In this document: positions 31,599 through 43,500 of the stretch, piece by piece
How positions within the stretch are numbered: position 1 is the first letter of the stretch
How the letters are laid out: the number at the start of each line of letters is the position of its first letter
DNA from: Candidatus Latescibacterota bacterium
GTDB lineage: Bacteria > Latescibacterota > UBA2968 > UBA8231
Length of the DNA: 64,000 bases
NCBI GenBank assembly: GCA_965206595.1
Contig: OZ242214.1
Span: 64,001 to 128,000, forward strand
Reading direction: 5' to 3'
Notes under the pieces: model-generated
Database searches by the model: none
Seen by the model: only the letters and a program-made list of their open reading frames with translations
What the model was told of the DNA's origin: nothing
Made by a program: the position numbers and the translations under genes

Positions 31599-33458
31599 CC
31601 CTTGTTATTCATGGAATTTTAGTGGAGAGGGCTGTACTGGGTGCCTCCCATGCTTAGATTTCAGAGGGAAACACAAGGCAGTATCGCCCTTTGAACCCAT
31701 CACACAGTAGGACACCCAATGGGTGAATTACCGTCACACACCGAGTCCGAGCAAGCCGGGCCGATTCAGCCGTCTTTCAACCGCTCCATCCACATCGAAG
31801 CCCGCCCCACCCACCTTGGCAGCGACACCGGTGCGCTGATGTTGCGTCAACTGCTCGAACACAGCCGGGTTCTGGATTGGGTCGACGCCCACTTCGAGGA
31901 TCTCCGTACCCAAGACCAGATCACGCACCCGCTGCCGGAGCTGCTGCGCACACAGATCGTGCTGCTGGCACAGGGCTGGACCCACGCCGCCGACGCCGAC
32001 GCGTTGCGCCAAGATCCGATCCTGCGTCTGGCGGTCAGCGATCGCAAAGGGCAGGCGCCGTTGCGCAGCGGCGACGAAGACCGGCCGCAGGGACTGGCCA
32101 GTCAGCCGACGCTGTCGCGCCTGCTCGAGCAAGCCTCGACTGCCTATAACCGCGAGGTGTTGGAGGAAGCCGTCCTGCGCAGCGCCCGGTCTCGTTGCCG
32201 GCTGCTGGAAGGACGGATGAAATACGAGGAGTTGGCCGTCGACATGGATGCCCTGCCGATGCCGGCGCACGGGCACCAGGCGGGGGTCGAATACAACGGC
32301 TACTTCCACGCCTCGGGGTACCATCCCCTGCTCCTCGGCTCGGCGCAGACGGGCGATTTCTTCGGTGCCGTGCTGCGGCCGGGCAACGTGCACGCCCATG
32401 AGGGTGCCTCAGAGGCTCTCGGCAAGCGCTTGGACTGGATTCAGTCGCATCTGGCCCGGCGCCTCATCCTGCGCTTCGACGCGGCCTCGGTGAGCGGGTC
32501 TTTCCTGAGTGAGCTGGAAGCGCGGGCCGACACCTCGTACGTGGCGCGCATCAAGAAGAATGCGCGCCTGGAGGAGCTGGCTCGTGCCTGGGTGGAAGGC
32601 TATCAGCAGGAGCTGGCGCAGCACCCGGAAGAGCTGCGGGAAGAGGGTTTTCGCTGTCGCGAGCTGCGCTATCAAGCCAGGTCCTGGGCGCAGCCCCGGC
32701 GGGTGGTGTTGGTCCTGGTCCCTTCCGAGACGGAAGAGCTGCCCATCGCCCGCCACTTCTTCCTGATCACCGACCAGAGTCCCCAGACGATGAGCGGCCG
32801 CGACCTGGTCGCCTTTTATCGTCAGCGCGGCCTTTTCGAGCGCATGCTCGGCGAGTTGAGCTCCACCCTCCAGCCTCAGCTCTCCTCTACCACCCGTCGC
32901 AAGCAACACTACCGGGGTCGAGAGCCGCGTCAGCGCACCCCGTCCCGGGATGCCTTCGCTGCCAACCAGGCGCTTCTGACCTTGAACCTGCTGGCCTACA
33001 ACCTGCTTCACCTGGGCCGCCAGGCCGCCGAACGCGCCGAGGCCCGACGCGGGCGGCCCCGCACATACGGACGCTCGACGACGGCCCTGAGCCTGGACAG
33101 TTTTCGACGGCGCTACCTGCGCCTGCCGTCCCGCGTCACCTTGCATGGGCGCAGGGTGGGCGTCATCCTGACCCAAGGGACGGCGGCTGCCTGGGATCGT
33201 CTGTGGAGATTTCTGGCCACGCTCAAACCGGTGGACGCGGCGATGGCGTAAGCGCAGGCCGGGTCGGTCGGGATGATGGGCTCGCAAAGGCAAGCGTCTT
33301 CGAGAAGGCGCGTACAATTTCAACAAGGTCGGTAGAGATAAGGAGACGGCTCTACCCAAAAAGCCGACTATAGAAGGGACGCAAGCCTCTGAGGCTAAGC
33401 AAAGGGGTCTCGGAAGCGCCTATGTCCGCTTATGCGCGGGTTGAATGAATAACAAAGG
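31599..33458 (+). mobile_element. IS1380-family element, copy 1
   Basis: IRs CCCTTGTTATTCAT / CCTTTGTTATTCAT; near-identical to 57995..59854; no target duplication here. Confidence 0.92.
31719..33251 (+). CDS. IS1380 transposase
   Basis: SDTGAL, LASQPTLSRL, VDMD, HGHQ...YNGY, LRPGN, RFDA, YRQRG..E. Confidence 0.92.
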   Translation: MGELPSHTESEQAGPIQPSFNRSIHIEARPTHLGSDTGALMLRQLLEHSRVLDWVDAHFEDLRTQDQITHPLPELLRTQIVLLAQGWTHAADADALRQDPILRLAVSDRKGQAPLRSGDEDRPQGLASQPTLSRLLEQASTAYNREVLEEAVLRSARSRCRLLEGRMKYEELAVDMDALPMPAHGHQAGVEYNGYFHASGYHPLLLGSAQTGDFFGAVLRPGNVHAHEGASEALGKRLDWIQSHLARRLILRFDAASVSGSFLSELEARADTSYVARIKKNARLEELARAWVEGYQQELAQHPEELREEGFRCRELRYQARSWAQPRRVVLVLVPSETEELPIARHFFLITDQSPQTMSGRDLVAFYRQRGLFERMLGELSSTLQPQLSSTTRRKQHYRGREPRQRTPSRDAFAANQALLTLNLLAYNLLHLGRQAAERAEARRGRPRTYGRSTTALSLDSFRRRYLRLPSRVTLHGRRVGVILTQGTAAAWDRLWRFLATLKPVDAAMA

Positions 33459-33847
33459 CTAAACTGTACTGCGAGCTCGGTCGAAGGACGGGCAAACGAT
33501 CCTCCGGGAGCTGCCGACCCTGGCGGTGCGCTGTCCGCCTTGACCGAGAGTCCAAAAAAGGTGCCTCATTTTTCCTATACTTTGGGTCCGGAAGGGGCGC
33601 CATTTCGGGCTGAGCCTCGGGTGTTTCACCCCCTGGTTCGATGTCTGGAGGCGGACGTACATAGCCGTGTGCATATGAAGGCAGCGATCTCACCAGCGCC
33701 ATCGAATGCTTGAGCAGGGATCGGCATGCCTGGTGTGGCGATTCCTGCAACCTGAAGAGCAATTGCCGGGAGGGTTTCGATGGTGTTGACAAATAAAAAT
33801 ACAGCATCCGGAGCATTAACGGATTCAGGGTCAACCTTAAAAATTTC

Positions 33848-35502
33848 GTAACCGTTCAGTTCCCTGGCAGATTGGGGCCGGGGGCGGAATGGTCGCAGGT
33901 TGGTATTAGCGAATGGGGGAGTGAGTTGAAGGCAGCAGCGAGGGCGCCGGCTGCTGAGACACGGCCGCGTCACAGGCCATCCTGAGATAGTCGAGGACGT
34001 TGCGCTGTTGCTGGCGCAGGGTATCGCGCACCGTGAGCAGGCGCTCTCCAAAACGGCTGCCTTCGGCACTGTGAGTGCCGAAGCTGGTGTGACGCCACAA
34101 CACGCCATGGCGAAGGGCTCGTTCGGCGTCGTTGTTGGTCGGCTCGACGCCGGGCCGGCGTGCGAAGGTCCACAGGGCCGGCCCGAGGTCGAGGAGATTT
34201 CCGCAGGTGGCCGCCGTCTTGGCGTCGGCGAACCGCTGCCCATAGCACAAATGAAAACGAAAGCGCAGACACAAATCGTCGATATAGTCCTGGAAGCGGG
34301 CGCGGGACAGGGTGCCGTCGCGGACTTGATGCCACCAGGTAAACAGCTGCTCGCTGCGGTCCAACAGGTGGTGACCGACGCGCTCGGCCTCTCCGCCCCG
34401 GGCCACGAACTCCTCGAAGGCGCGCCGCAGATGCGCCCAGCACACTTGCCGGCGTCGCAACGGCAGATGCCCGTAGGCCGAATAGCGATCGGAGCCGACC
34501 ACCGCCGTGTTATCCGCACCCAGCATCTCATCGACCCCGTCGCGTCCCCGGCTGGGGCGAATGGAGAATACGGTGACGCCCTCGGTCACCGCGGTCCACA
34601 ACCAGGCCTTGGCGCGGCCCTGGCGCCAGCCGGTCTCGTCGACGTTGACGAGGCCCTGTCGGCGAACGAAGGCGCGTGCCTCCTCGACCGCACCCGCCAG
34701 GGCCGCGGCCACTTCCTGTTCCAGCCGGCTGACGGTACCCAGCGACACCTCGAGGCCGAAGGCGTCGGACAACAGCGCCCGGATGTTGCGCTTGCTCAGC
34801 CGGTAGGCCCCGGCCAGCAGGCCGACCCAGGCCTGCACGCTGGGACCGAAGGTGTGCCGCGATACGCCCTCGGGCCAACCGGAGGTGTGCCGCGATACGC
34901 CCTCGGGCCAACCGGCTGCGGTCAGGCGGTCGCAGTGAGCGCAGCGCAGGGTGTGCAGCTGATACTCGATGACCTCGGCCCGCAGCGGCGGGAGGACGAC
35001 TTCCTGGTGACGCTGCGGATGAGGATCGTCTCCCGTCAACCGGTGCCCGCATCCGTGGCAATGGCTGGGCTTGACCGGGATCCGTTCGTCCACCTGCTCC
35101 ACCGATACCCACGAGCGGCCGGGTCCTTCGTGCCCGGGCTGTCCGCCCGGCGAGCGCCCCGAGGATCGGCGTCGGGAGGTGTCGGTGCGCGGCGAGGAGG
35201 AAGCGCCCGATTGCGACGAGGCGGCCCGGGCACCGCGGCGGGAGCGCCCTTTGCGGCGGGCCAATTCCCGCTCCAGCTCCCCGATGCGCGCCGTCTGTTG
35301 TTCCACGATCTGCTCAAGCTGGACAATGCGCTGGCGCAGGTCGCCTTCGGAAATCGTACTCTCAGGAGGTCTCTTCATGGGGTCGCCGTATCCAGGGAAA
35401 TCTGCAACACACAACCGATCCCGAAGATACCGACGAACCCGAAAACCCGCTTAGGTATTTCTTTATATGCTCAAACTACTGCAGGGGGGACTGAACGGTT
35501 AC
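33848..35502 (-). mobile_element. IS66-family element (single-ORF, ISBst12-like)
   Basis: IRs GTAACCGTTCAG at both ends. Confidence 0.9.
33906..35378 (-). CDS. IS66 transposase
   Basis: PGGQPGHEG, Zn finger, VDETGW, SDRYSAY, QVCWAHL, PTNNDAERALR; internal 11-aa duplication. Confidence 0.9.
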   Translation of the reverse strand: MKRPPESTISEGDLRQRIVQLEQIVEQQTARIGELERELARRKGRSRRGARAASSQSGASSSPRTDTSRRRSSGRSPGGQPGHEGPGRSWVSVEQVDERIPVKPSHCHGCGHRLTGDDPHPQRHQEVVLPPLRAEVIEYQLHTLRCAHCDRLTAAGWPEGVSRHTSGWPEGVSRHTFGPSVQAWVGLLAGAYRLSKRNIRALLSDAFGLEVSLGTVSRLEQEVAAALAGAVEEARAFVRRQGLVNVDETGWRQGRAKAWLWTAVTEGVTVFSIRPSRGRDGVDEMLGADNTAVVGSDRYSAYGHLPLRRRQVCWAHLRRAFEEFVARGGEAERVGHHLLDRSEQLFTWWHQVRDGTLSRARFQDYIDDLCLRFRFHLCYGQRFADAKTAATCGNLLDLGPALWTFARRPGVEPTNNDAERALRHGVLWRHTSFGTHSAEGSRFGERLLTVRDTLRQQQRNVLDYLRMACDAAVSQQPAPSLLPSTHSPIR

Positions 35503-36461
35503 TTCGCGAGGATGGAATCGGCCGTAGCCGTCCACACGAAAGGGTGTGCGTTGGCGTTCCATTTGCCGTGTAGCGTTCGATGCGCTCGATGAGCTCCGAC
35601 ACCTTGCGGAACGAATCGCGCCGAACCGCCTGGCGGGTAAGGATATTGAACCAGATCTCCACCTGATTGAGCCACGAAGCATAGGTGGGGGTGTAGTGAA
35701 CGTGAAATCGGGGACGCCGTGCCAGCCATCGCTTGACCTTGGCCTGCTTATGCGTGGCGTAGTTGTCGACGACGAGATGAATATCGAGGTCAGCGGGGAC
35801 GTGGGCCTCGATGTGGCGCAGGAACTGAAGGAACTCCTGGTGACGATGACGGGGCTTGCACTGGGTCATCACTTCCCCGGTGGCTACGTCCAAGGCGGCA
35901 AACAGGGTGGTGGTGCCATGGCGCTTGTAATCGTGCGTAATCCCTTCCACGTATCCCAGTCCCAGGGGCAGCATGGGCTGACTTCGTTCCAACGCCTGGA
36001 TCCGGCTCTTCTCGTCGACGCACAGCACCAGGGCGTGCTCGGGGGGATTCAGGTACAAGCCGACGATATCCCGTACTTTGTCGACAAAGAAAGGATCGGT
36101 GGAAAGCGTGAAGTGCTTGTGTCGATGGGGCTGCAAACCATATGCAAGCCCTGGAGCCCGTTTTCGAGAAAGCGCCGGCGCCACTTGCCGACCGTAGCAC
36201 GCGTCACACCCACGGCGGCGGCGACGGCTTCATTGGGCCCGCCTTCTGCGGCCAGCAGACTAATCTCGGCTCGCCGCACCAACCCGTGGGAAAGGCTCCG
36301 GGATTTGGCCATCGATTCCAATCGTTCCCGGTCCGACGGACTCAGCTCTAACGGCGGTAATGGACGCCCCGTAACCATAGGTCTCTCCTTTCAGAAAGGG
36401 GATAAGAGAAACCTACGGCACTTTCAATTGTTTGTACAGTTAATTACACGACAGGACACTA
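35503..36461 (-). mobile_element. IS630-family element remnant (internal deletion, frameshifts, cut by IS66)
   Basis: End TAGTGTCCTGTCGTGTAATTA; start MVTGRPL at 36378; CVDEKS, DYKRHGT, DNYATH, SWLNQVE. Confidence 0.88.
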
Positions 36462-36626
36462 GGTGAGCGTCACACGAGGGAGACGCTCATCCTCATGCCT
36501 CCCGACGTGGCAGGCCCCGTCGGCGCGGACAGGGCCAAGACGATGGTCATGCCGACCGGCCCCGAGACGGCGACCGTCGGAATCGACCAGTTCAAGTCCT
36601 AGCCACAGTCGTTGGGAGACGCCCGC

Positions 36627-37410
36627 ATGCAGGTACTAGACTACCACCGGTCCTACTTCATGTTCGAAATGGACTTCGAGGCATTCCCGCCGAAGACCGT
36701 CACCGACCGCAGGCAGAACCTCCACAATCGCGCGCGCATCAGGATCGACTGCCGGTGCACCGTCACAGATGAAGACGGCAGCCGCTACCACTTCTACCTG
36801 GGCGAGAGCTGCAAGACGGAGCGCGTCGGCGCCGACCGCGACCTAGGCATATTCACGCAGCCCAACGCCGACGTCCGTCCCGTCATGTCGGAGGAGGAGA
36901 CGCTGATCCTGAAGAGCTGGGAGCGCAACGACATGGGCGTCATGCTCACCCCGCCGAGCCTGGGGCCGCAGCCGGAGCGCCACGTCATCGCCACCCGCGA
37001 GGCATTCCACGGCCACCGGTTCATGCTCGCCTGCGCGGAGGGCGCCGTGCTGGACACCCCTTCGGCGGTCGTCGAGGCCGTCGACGCGGGCACGCCCCCT
37101 CGTGGCCCGCACCGCATTCACTTCGGGAGGGTACCGGGTCGAGCTGGAGCACCCGATCTTCACCATCAACGTCAGCGAGCGCTACGACTTCTTCCAGACC
37201 GACACCGGCCCCGTGCTCTACCCCGACCTGGAGAAGCCGTTCAGCGGCCTCGCCGACTCGCTCTACCTGGTGTACAGCGCCTTCAACGGGCCGGACTGGG
37301 TCGAGTTCATCGTCCAGCGGCGCACTCCCGTGGCGGAAGGCGTTACCGTCAGCCACTACTCCGAGTCCGTCACAATAGCCTCCACCAACACGATCATAGC
37401 CACTCCGTAG
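36627..37410 (+). pseudogene. Hypothetical protein, frameshifted at a C-run near 37097
   Basis: Two consecutive frames with coding-like composition (MQVLDYHRSY... then VARTAFTSGGYRVELEHP...). Confidence 0.65.
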
Positions 37411-37766
37411 CCGACCCACAGTCCTCGTCAGCGTTACACAAGACGCGACGAAGCCGGTGGCAGGCACTTCGCCTGAGGCCGCGGTTGCGGTGCTATAATC
37501 GTATCCAAACCCGCTACTCATCCAGGAGACGGAAATGGTCGCTACGACGACGCGAGCGCTCACTTTGACCCCTGAAACGCGCCCAAATCCTTTACAACGG
37601 TGCGCGGAGCAGGCCCGAACGATTCGGTGCGACGACAAGCGATTCGTACTGAATCGCCCCGAGTATACCCCTGGCGCAGCACTGTTTCATTTGCCCGAGC
37701 CTGGTCCTTCGCGGAATGACTTGTCGATTCGTGGGTGGTATGCTCCGAAAAAGCTGGAGGTGCGCC

Positions 37767-38565
37767 ATGGGCATCGAACAGACGGTTACGCGCGTCAGGG
37801 AAGACGGATGGGCAGTCGTCCCCGGCATCATGCCGAGTGACGAGGTGGCTGGACTCAGAGAGAGCGTACTTGCGACCATCGAGAAAGCCGAAATCGGCGT
37901 CCCCTGAATGGAAGCGCCGCGTCGCGGGCAGCTTCTTCACCATCAACCAGTCGCTGGCGCCGTACGTGAGCGACCGGCGGATAGTGGGCGTCGCCGAGGC
38001 GCTGTGGGGCAGGCACGTCAAGATCACCGTGTCAACGCCCGTTGTGAGGCATCCGGGCAGCAATCCCCAGGGATGGCACTCCGACTGGCCGTTCAACCAG
38101 AAACACGCCGCCATCATCGAGGCGCCGTACCCCGACACGCCTATGCTGCTGACGGTGATCTTCATGCTCTCGCCCTTCACGCAGGAAAATGGCGGGACGT
38201 GGCTGGTGCCGGGAAGCCATCGAATCCCGAACAACTGGACCCCGGTCTACGGAGAAGACAACCTGTCCGCCCATCCGAGCCGCATCCAGGCGACCGGTGA
38301 CCCGGGCAGCGTACTGATATTCGACAGCCGGATGTGGCACGCTGTGCCCACCAACGGGACGAATGAGGTGCGTGCCGGCCTCACGGTCCGGTATGCGCCG
38401 TGGTGGCTGAACGTCAACGTACTTGTTCCCGGCACACCCGAGCGCGAGGACATGGTCGACGACGAGGGCAAGCCCGAAAGGAACCTCGTCTTCCCTATGC
38501 CGCAGGACGTGTACGACTCGCTGCCCGAAGCCGCCAAGCCGCTGCTGCACCACTGGGTGAGATAG
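37767..38565 (+). pseudogene. PhyH family dioxygenase, frameshift near 37900
   Basis: GGAGG RBS; REDGWAVVPG N-terminus in one frame; WHSD, NGGTWLVPGSH, WHA in the next. Confidence 0.8.
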
Positions 38566-38820
38566 GAGGAGATATGACCGCAGGACGAACCGAATCGTTG
38601 CACATCACGCCGTCCCATCGCGCGCCGGTCGAGAGCCCCTGTTTCTGGTGCCTACGTTCCTCAGCCTGGCCATGGATCTGAGAGCCTGGATCGGCCGCGT
38701 CGGGAGGGCGATGTAGCGAACAGATGCGGCAGGAATTCCTTCGCAGCCTGCCCGTGGGATCGATGCGCCAAGTGGGCGATCGGAGGCGCCGACTCAGGCG
38801 ATATCGGGCTGCGGTTCAGC

Positions 38821-40088
38821 TCACCGATTGCGCTCCGCGCTCATGCCTCGCACCAGACTGAAGCCGAGCAGCAGCAGCACGACCGCGAAGGGCAGACCTG
38901 TGGTCACCACCGCCGTCTGCAATGCCAGCAGCCCCCCACCCATGAGCAGCACGGCGGCGACGACGCCCTCCATCGAAGCCCAGAACACCCTCTGGATCCG
39001 CGGCGGATCCAGAGGGCCGCCTGAGGTGATGATGTCTACGACGAGGGAGGCCGAATCCGAGGAGGTGACGAAGAAGGTGATGACGATGCACACCGCGAGC
39101 GTCACGGTGAGCGACGTCAGTGGATAGTGTTCGAGCAGCTGAAAGAGGGCAACCGCGACGTCTTCTTTCACAGCCGCGGCGATGCCGCCGGCGCCGAAGA
39201 GCTCGACGTGCAGTGCGGCATTCCCGAACACGGTCAGCCACACACAGGTGGCCAGGGTGGGTACGAGCAGGATGGCACCGACGAATTCGCGCACTGTGCG
39301 GCCGCGCGACACACGGGCGACAAAAATCCCGACAAAAGGAGACCAGGCGATCCACCAGGCCCAGTAGAAGAGGGTCCAGCCGTGCTGCCAGCCTGTTGCG
39401 GTAAGCCTCGGTCCAGAAGCTCAGCCGCGGCAGCTCCTGTATGTAGATGCCGAAGTTCTGCACGAGGGCATCGAGCAGGTAACGGGTGGGGCCGGCCGCC
39501 ATTACGAACAGCAGCAACAGACAGGCTATGATGACGTTGAGTTGACTCAGGCGCCGAATTCCCCGGTCGACGCCGAGGACCACGGAGATCGTCGCCATGG
39601 CCGTGATTCCGGCGATCAGACCCACCTGCACCGTCACGTTTTGCGGGATGTCGAAGAGGTAGGCGAACCCGGCGTTGACCTGTTGCGCACCCAGTCCCAG
39701 GGACATGGCCAGGCCGAAGATCGTCGCCAGCGTCGCCAGTATGTCGATCACGTCCCCGGCCAAACCGTGGATCCGCTGCCCCAAGAGCGGGTAGAAAGTG
39801 GCGCGCACCGTCAGCGGCAGGCCGTGATTGTAGGCGAAGTAGGCCAGGGCCAGCGCCATCAGACCGTAGAGTCCCCAGGCGTGAAATCCCCAGTGGAAGA
39901 AGGTGATGCCCATGGCCAGGCGGGCGGCCTCGGCGGTACGCGGCTCCCCCCACGGGGGGCTGCCGAAATGGTAGATAGGCTCGGCCACACTCCAGAACAT
40001 CAACCCTATGCCCATGCCGGCGCTGAACAGCATCGACAGCCAGCCCGGGCTTCGAGGGGTCTGCCAGCGAACCAGCGGTACCGCTCAT
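38821..40088 (-). pseudogene. BCCT (betaine/choline/carnitine) transporter with 5' internal deletion and frameshift near 39395
   Basis: MLFSAGMGIGLMFW, FHWGFHAW, WT.FYWAWW..WSPFVG.F.ARVSRGRT, FFVTSSDS. Confidence 0.88.
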
Positions 40089-40930
40089 GACCGGCTCAAC
40101 TTGCGAAACGCGAAAATTCCCCAGACGAGGTAGCCCCTTTCTCCGCCCTCGACCCATCGCGCCAGACCCGCGCTTCATGTTACTCAGGTAGTCTTCGCTG
40201 ATCTGATCGCGCAGCTCGGACTCGCGTGTTTCCGTTTCGTCCAACACCTCTCCATAATGGCGTACGAGATGATGCGTGAGGTCGGTGAAACCGGTTTCCT
40301 CGAGAGGGTATTCCGTCGCCGTTCCCCGGTAGTAATCGGGAGAGGCTAAGCTGGTCAGGTGAATCCGCGCAAGGAGCGGATCGAGGACGCCCGGCGGGCA
40401 ATCGTCCGCCTGCATGATGTCGGTGAAGGCGAAAACTCCACCCGGCTTGAGCACGCGAACCGCTTCACCGACTGCCCGGTCGCGTCGGTCGCTGTGCAAC
40501 AGAGCGTCCTGTGAGAACACCGCATGGAAGCTGTTGTCGTCCGCCGGCACCGACTCGAAGCTGCCGTCGACGATCTCAACCCGGTCTGACAGCCCCTGCT
40601 CGGCGTTGAGTCCACGCGCCCGGGCGTTCTCCACCTCACTCAGGTTCAGCCCTACGACCCGGCACCCGTACATCCCGGCTACATACCGGGCCGTGCCGCC
40701 ATACCCGGAGCCCATGTCCAGCACGCGTGCCCAGTCGCCCAGCGGCTCCAGAGTGCGCGCCAGGCGTGCCGTTGCCCGACGACCCGCCTCGGCGATGCTG
40801 TCCCCTTCGCGATGATACATGCCGATGTGGATGTCCTCGCCACCCATCGTACCTTGCCATTTCAGTCGCCAGACCTGGCGCGTGTAGAACCACGCGACGT
40901 TGTCCCGTTCATGCACGTCGGTGCGCTGTC
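40085..40930 (-). pseudogene. Sarcosine/dimethylglycine N-methyltransferase-like SAM methyltransferase; 5' end replaced, frameshift near 40168
   Basis: GGEDIHIGMY, VLDMGSGYGG, SQDALLH, FTDIMQADDCP.GVL.P.LARIHL. Confidence 0.8.
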
Positions 40931-41440
40931 TCCGCCCCGGGTGCATCAGGTGGTAGTTTAATGCCATTTCGTCGGAGATGATCCTCTCTTCATCCGGTTT
41001 CAAAACCGCCTCCTTCCTTCAATTTGCCCGTACCATTGTCCCGCATACAGGAATGATAGGGCCCTTATCCGATACTTTGTCAAGGCGCTCGGGGGCGGCG
41101 ATGAACGGGGGTTCGATGCCGAGCGGATGAGGTAGGCACCCGGATCAAAGGCGGCAGATCGAGCGGTGATCTCCTGCTCTCCAGGGGAACTCGATAACAG
41201 GAGGTACCTGATGCCCAATCAATTGACCGACAGCCACATCGATGAGCTGGAAGAACGCGGTTACGTGATCGTTCACAACTTTGTGGACGAAGAGCACACT
41301 TGCGCTTTAGCGGGGGAGATACCACTGACGGGGGCGGCGGCCCGAACCTGGGAATTCCCCGAAGCGGGATTCCCTTGTCCGGGAAGGAGAAACCTCCCTT
41401 CATTCTTCCCATCCGCAGCAGGCACCAGGGGAGAACACGG

Positions 41441-42262
41441 ATGACGAACGAACAGAAGTATCTCTTCGATCTGAACGGCTTTCTGGTAGTTCCGGGAGTC
41501 CTGACCGCGGAGGAGTGCCGCAGGATGCGCGAGTTCATCGTGACCCTCAGGAACGATCCGGAATCGCTGCCCGACCACGAGTACTACGCTTCAATCGATC
41601 CCGATCCGACAACCCTCCACCTGGTGACCGGTCCCAGCTCGGAGCTCCTGGACCATCCCGTACTCGTCGACATCCTCGCAGAGGTCGTCGCCGGGGACGA
41701 GGCGGAACGGTCCTCCACGGCCGATGCCTACCCATTCCGTTTCGAGAGCACTTGGTACACCATCAAGCCGGCGGGGGAGCGCGGCGTGCCCCCGCACGGC
41801 GCCCCGCGCGTCGGGCCGCTGTTCGCCTACCTCTGCCGGAATCAGCGCATCTACAGCGGCATGGTACGCGTCGTGTGGGAGCTCAATCCGGTCGGGCCGG
41901 AGGATGAGGGCACGACGTTCGCGCCTGGTTCCCACAAGGCGAACTTCCCCACTCCGGACCACCTGCTCGAGCACGGGTCGGCGATAATGAAGTCCTACGA
42001 TTGTCCGGAGGGATCGCTGGTGATCTTCACCGAAGCCATGACGCACGCCGGAGGCCTGTGGCACAACCCCGACACGCCGAGAATGGCGATCCTGAACTCC
42101 TACTGCCCGATCACGGCGCAGTTTCATCGTTTCGACATGCCTCACGAGTTGATCGAGAAGCTGCCCCCCAAATGCCGGACGCTCTTCCGTGGCGTGTGGG
42201 GCACACGACGCTTTGCACCAACCGTCAACGACTTCTACGGTCCGGACAACGCGGCGCTCTGA
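41441..42262 (+). CDS. PhyH family dioxygenase-like protein
   Basis: MTNEQKYLFDLNGFLVV, PGSHKANF, FTEAMTH; preceded by another PhyH 5' remnant at ~41211-41310. Confidence 0.82.
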   Translation: MTNEQKYLFDLNGFLVVPGVLTAEECRRMREFIVTLRNDPESLPDHEYYASIDPDPTTLHLVTGPSSELLDHPVLVDILAEVVAGDEAERSSTADAYPFRFESTWYTIKPAGERGVPPHGAPRVGPLFAYLCRNQRIYSGMVRVVWELNPVGPEDEGTTFAPGSHKANFPTPDHLLEHGSAIMKSYDCPEGSLVIFTEAMTHAGGLWHNPDTPRMAILNSYCPITAQFHRFDMPHELIEKLPPKCRTLFRGVWGTRRFAPTVNDFYGPDNAAL

Positions 42263-42465
42263 TCCAAGGGTTCGCCAGTCGTTATTCGGCCGCCACTGGC
42301 CGCAGGCAAGCTCCGTGTTCTTGACGAAGGCACACTCAGTTTCACACTCAATGCGCCGTGGTCCGACGGGATCGCGCATGGAGATATTCTGGAAGATGAT
42401 GATGAATATCTCCCGCTCCTTTTTTCATATCGAAGTGGCACCTCAGGTTAAAACAGGGGATACCC

Positions 42466-43356
42466 ATGGCACTGACTCAAGAACAGAAAACCCAATTTTT
42501 CCAGGACGGCTATATCGTCTTCAAAGAACTTCTCACCACGGACGAACTCGAGACCCTACACAACCACTACGCCGACCTCGCACTCGGTCGCGTCCCCGAC
42601 TTCCCGGAAGGCAATATCTCTCACTACACTCCGGATGCGGCTCAAGCCGCCGAGCCGCCCACGCCTCACGGGAGTCGACATGACCGGCGCGGCACCCAGG
42701 TCTATCCAAAAGGGGAAGCAACCGCGCCCGAAGTGCGCACGCCGGTTGCGAACCCGTTGGATACGATCAGCCATCTCACCCTGCCTTCGTACTACGATCC
42801 GGTCTTCAAAGCGTTTGTCGGGAGCCCCAGAATTGTCGACATCGTCGAATCCCTGATGGGGCCGGACATCAAGCTCTACTACGACCAGGTCTTTGCGAAA
42901 CCGCCTTACGCGAAAGCGAATCGCTACCATCAGGATTCCGTTTTCTGGGCATTCTTCGCGAGCAACTTCCAGGTCACGTGCCAGATTCTGCTCGACGATG
43001 CGACTGTCGAGAACGGCTGTGTGCGTTTTATCCCGGGCAGCCACAACTTCGGCCTCGTCAACTGGGACCATCTTCCCTACATGCTGACAGAGGACGTGCT
43101 CGCGCAAGAGGTCGCGGTTCCACTGAAAGCGGGTGATGCGACCTTTCACCATAGCCTGGCACTCCATTGCAGCGGCCCGAATACAACGCCGTACCGGCGG
43201 CGCGGTTGGTCGATTCACTACGTCTCCTCGGACACGCGTTACATCGGAACACCGGAAGAGACCGAACACCTCAAACAGCGCGGTTGTCTTATCGGACCCG
43301 AACCTGTCAACGGGTGGCCCCTGATCCGTGGGCTCGAGTTCCCGGGTTGTGTATAG
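42466..43356 (+). CDS. PhyH family dioxygenase
   Basis: FFQDGY, YHQD, NGCVRFIPGSH, LHCSGPN..RR. Confidence 0.9.
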   Translation: MALTQEQKTQFFQDGYIVFKELLTTDELETLHNHYADLALGRVPDFPEGNISHYTPDAAQAAEPPTPHGSRHDRRGTQVYPKGEATAPEVRTPVANPLDTISHLTLPSYYDPVFKAFVGSPRIVDIVESLMGPDIKLYYDQVFAKPPYAKANRYHQDSVFWAFFASNFQVTCQILLDDATVENGCVRFIPGSHNFGLVNWDHLPYMLTEDVLAQEVAVPLKAGDATFHHSLALHCSGPNTTPYRRRGWSIHYVSSDTRYIGTPEETEHLKQRGCLIGPEPVNGWPLIRGLEFPGCV

Positions 43357-43500
43357 TCAGATCACCGCGCCGCGCGCCGCCGTCCACAGGGGAACACCGG
43401 ATGTCTCCTTCGAAAGAATGGCGGTGGCAGGCACGTAAATAGCTCCCGGTCAATCGGCTGACAATCGCCTCAGCCGCGTTTCCCGGAAATGATGCGGTGA

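Noticed and set aside
33459-33847. ORFs between IS1380 and IS66 (33430..33834, tail of 33626..34531)
   Set aside because: Probably a gene fragment trapped between two IS, but no family could be recognised.
39234-41003. 589-aa ORF as a methyltransferase fusion
   Set aside because: Read-through caused by a frameshift near 40168; the tail is an off-frame reading of the BCCT gene.
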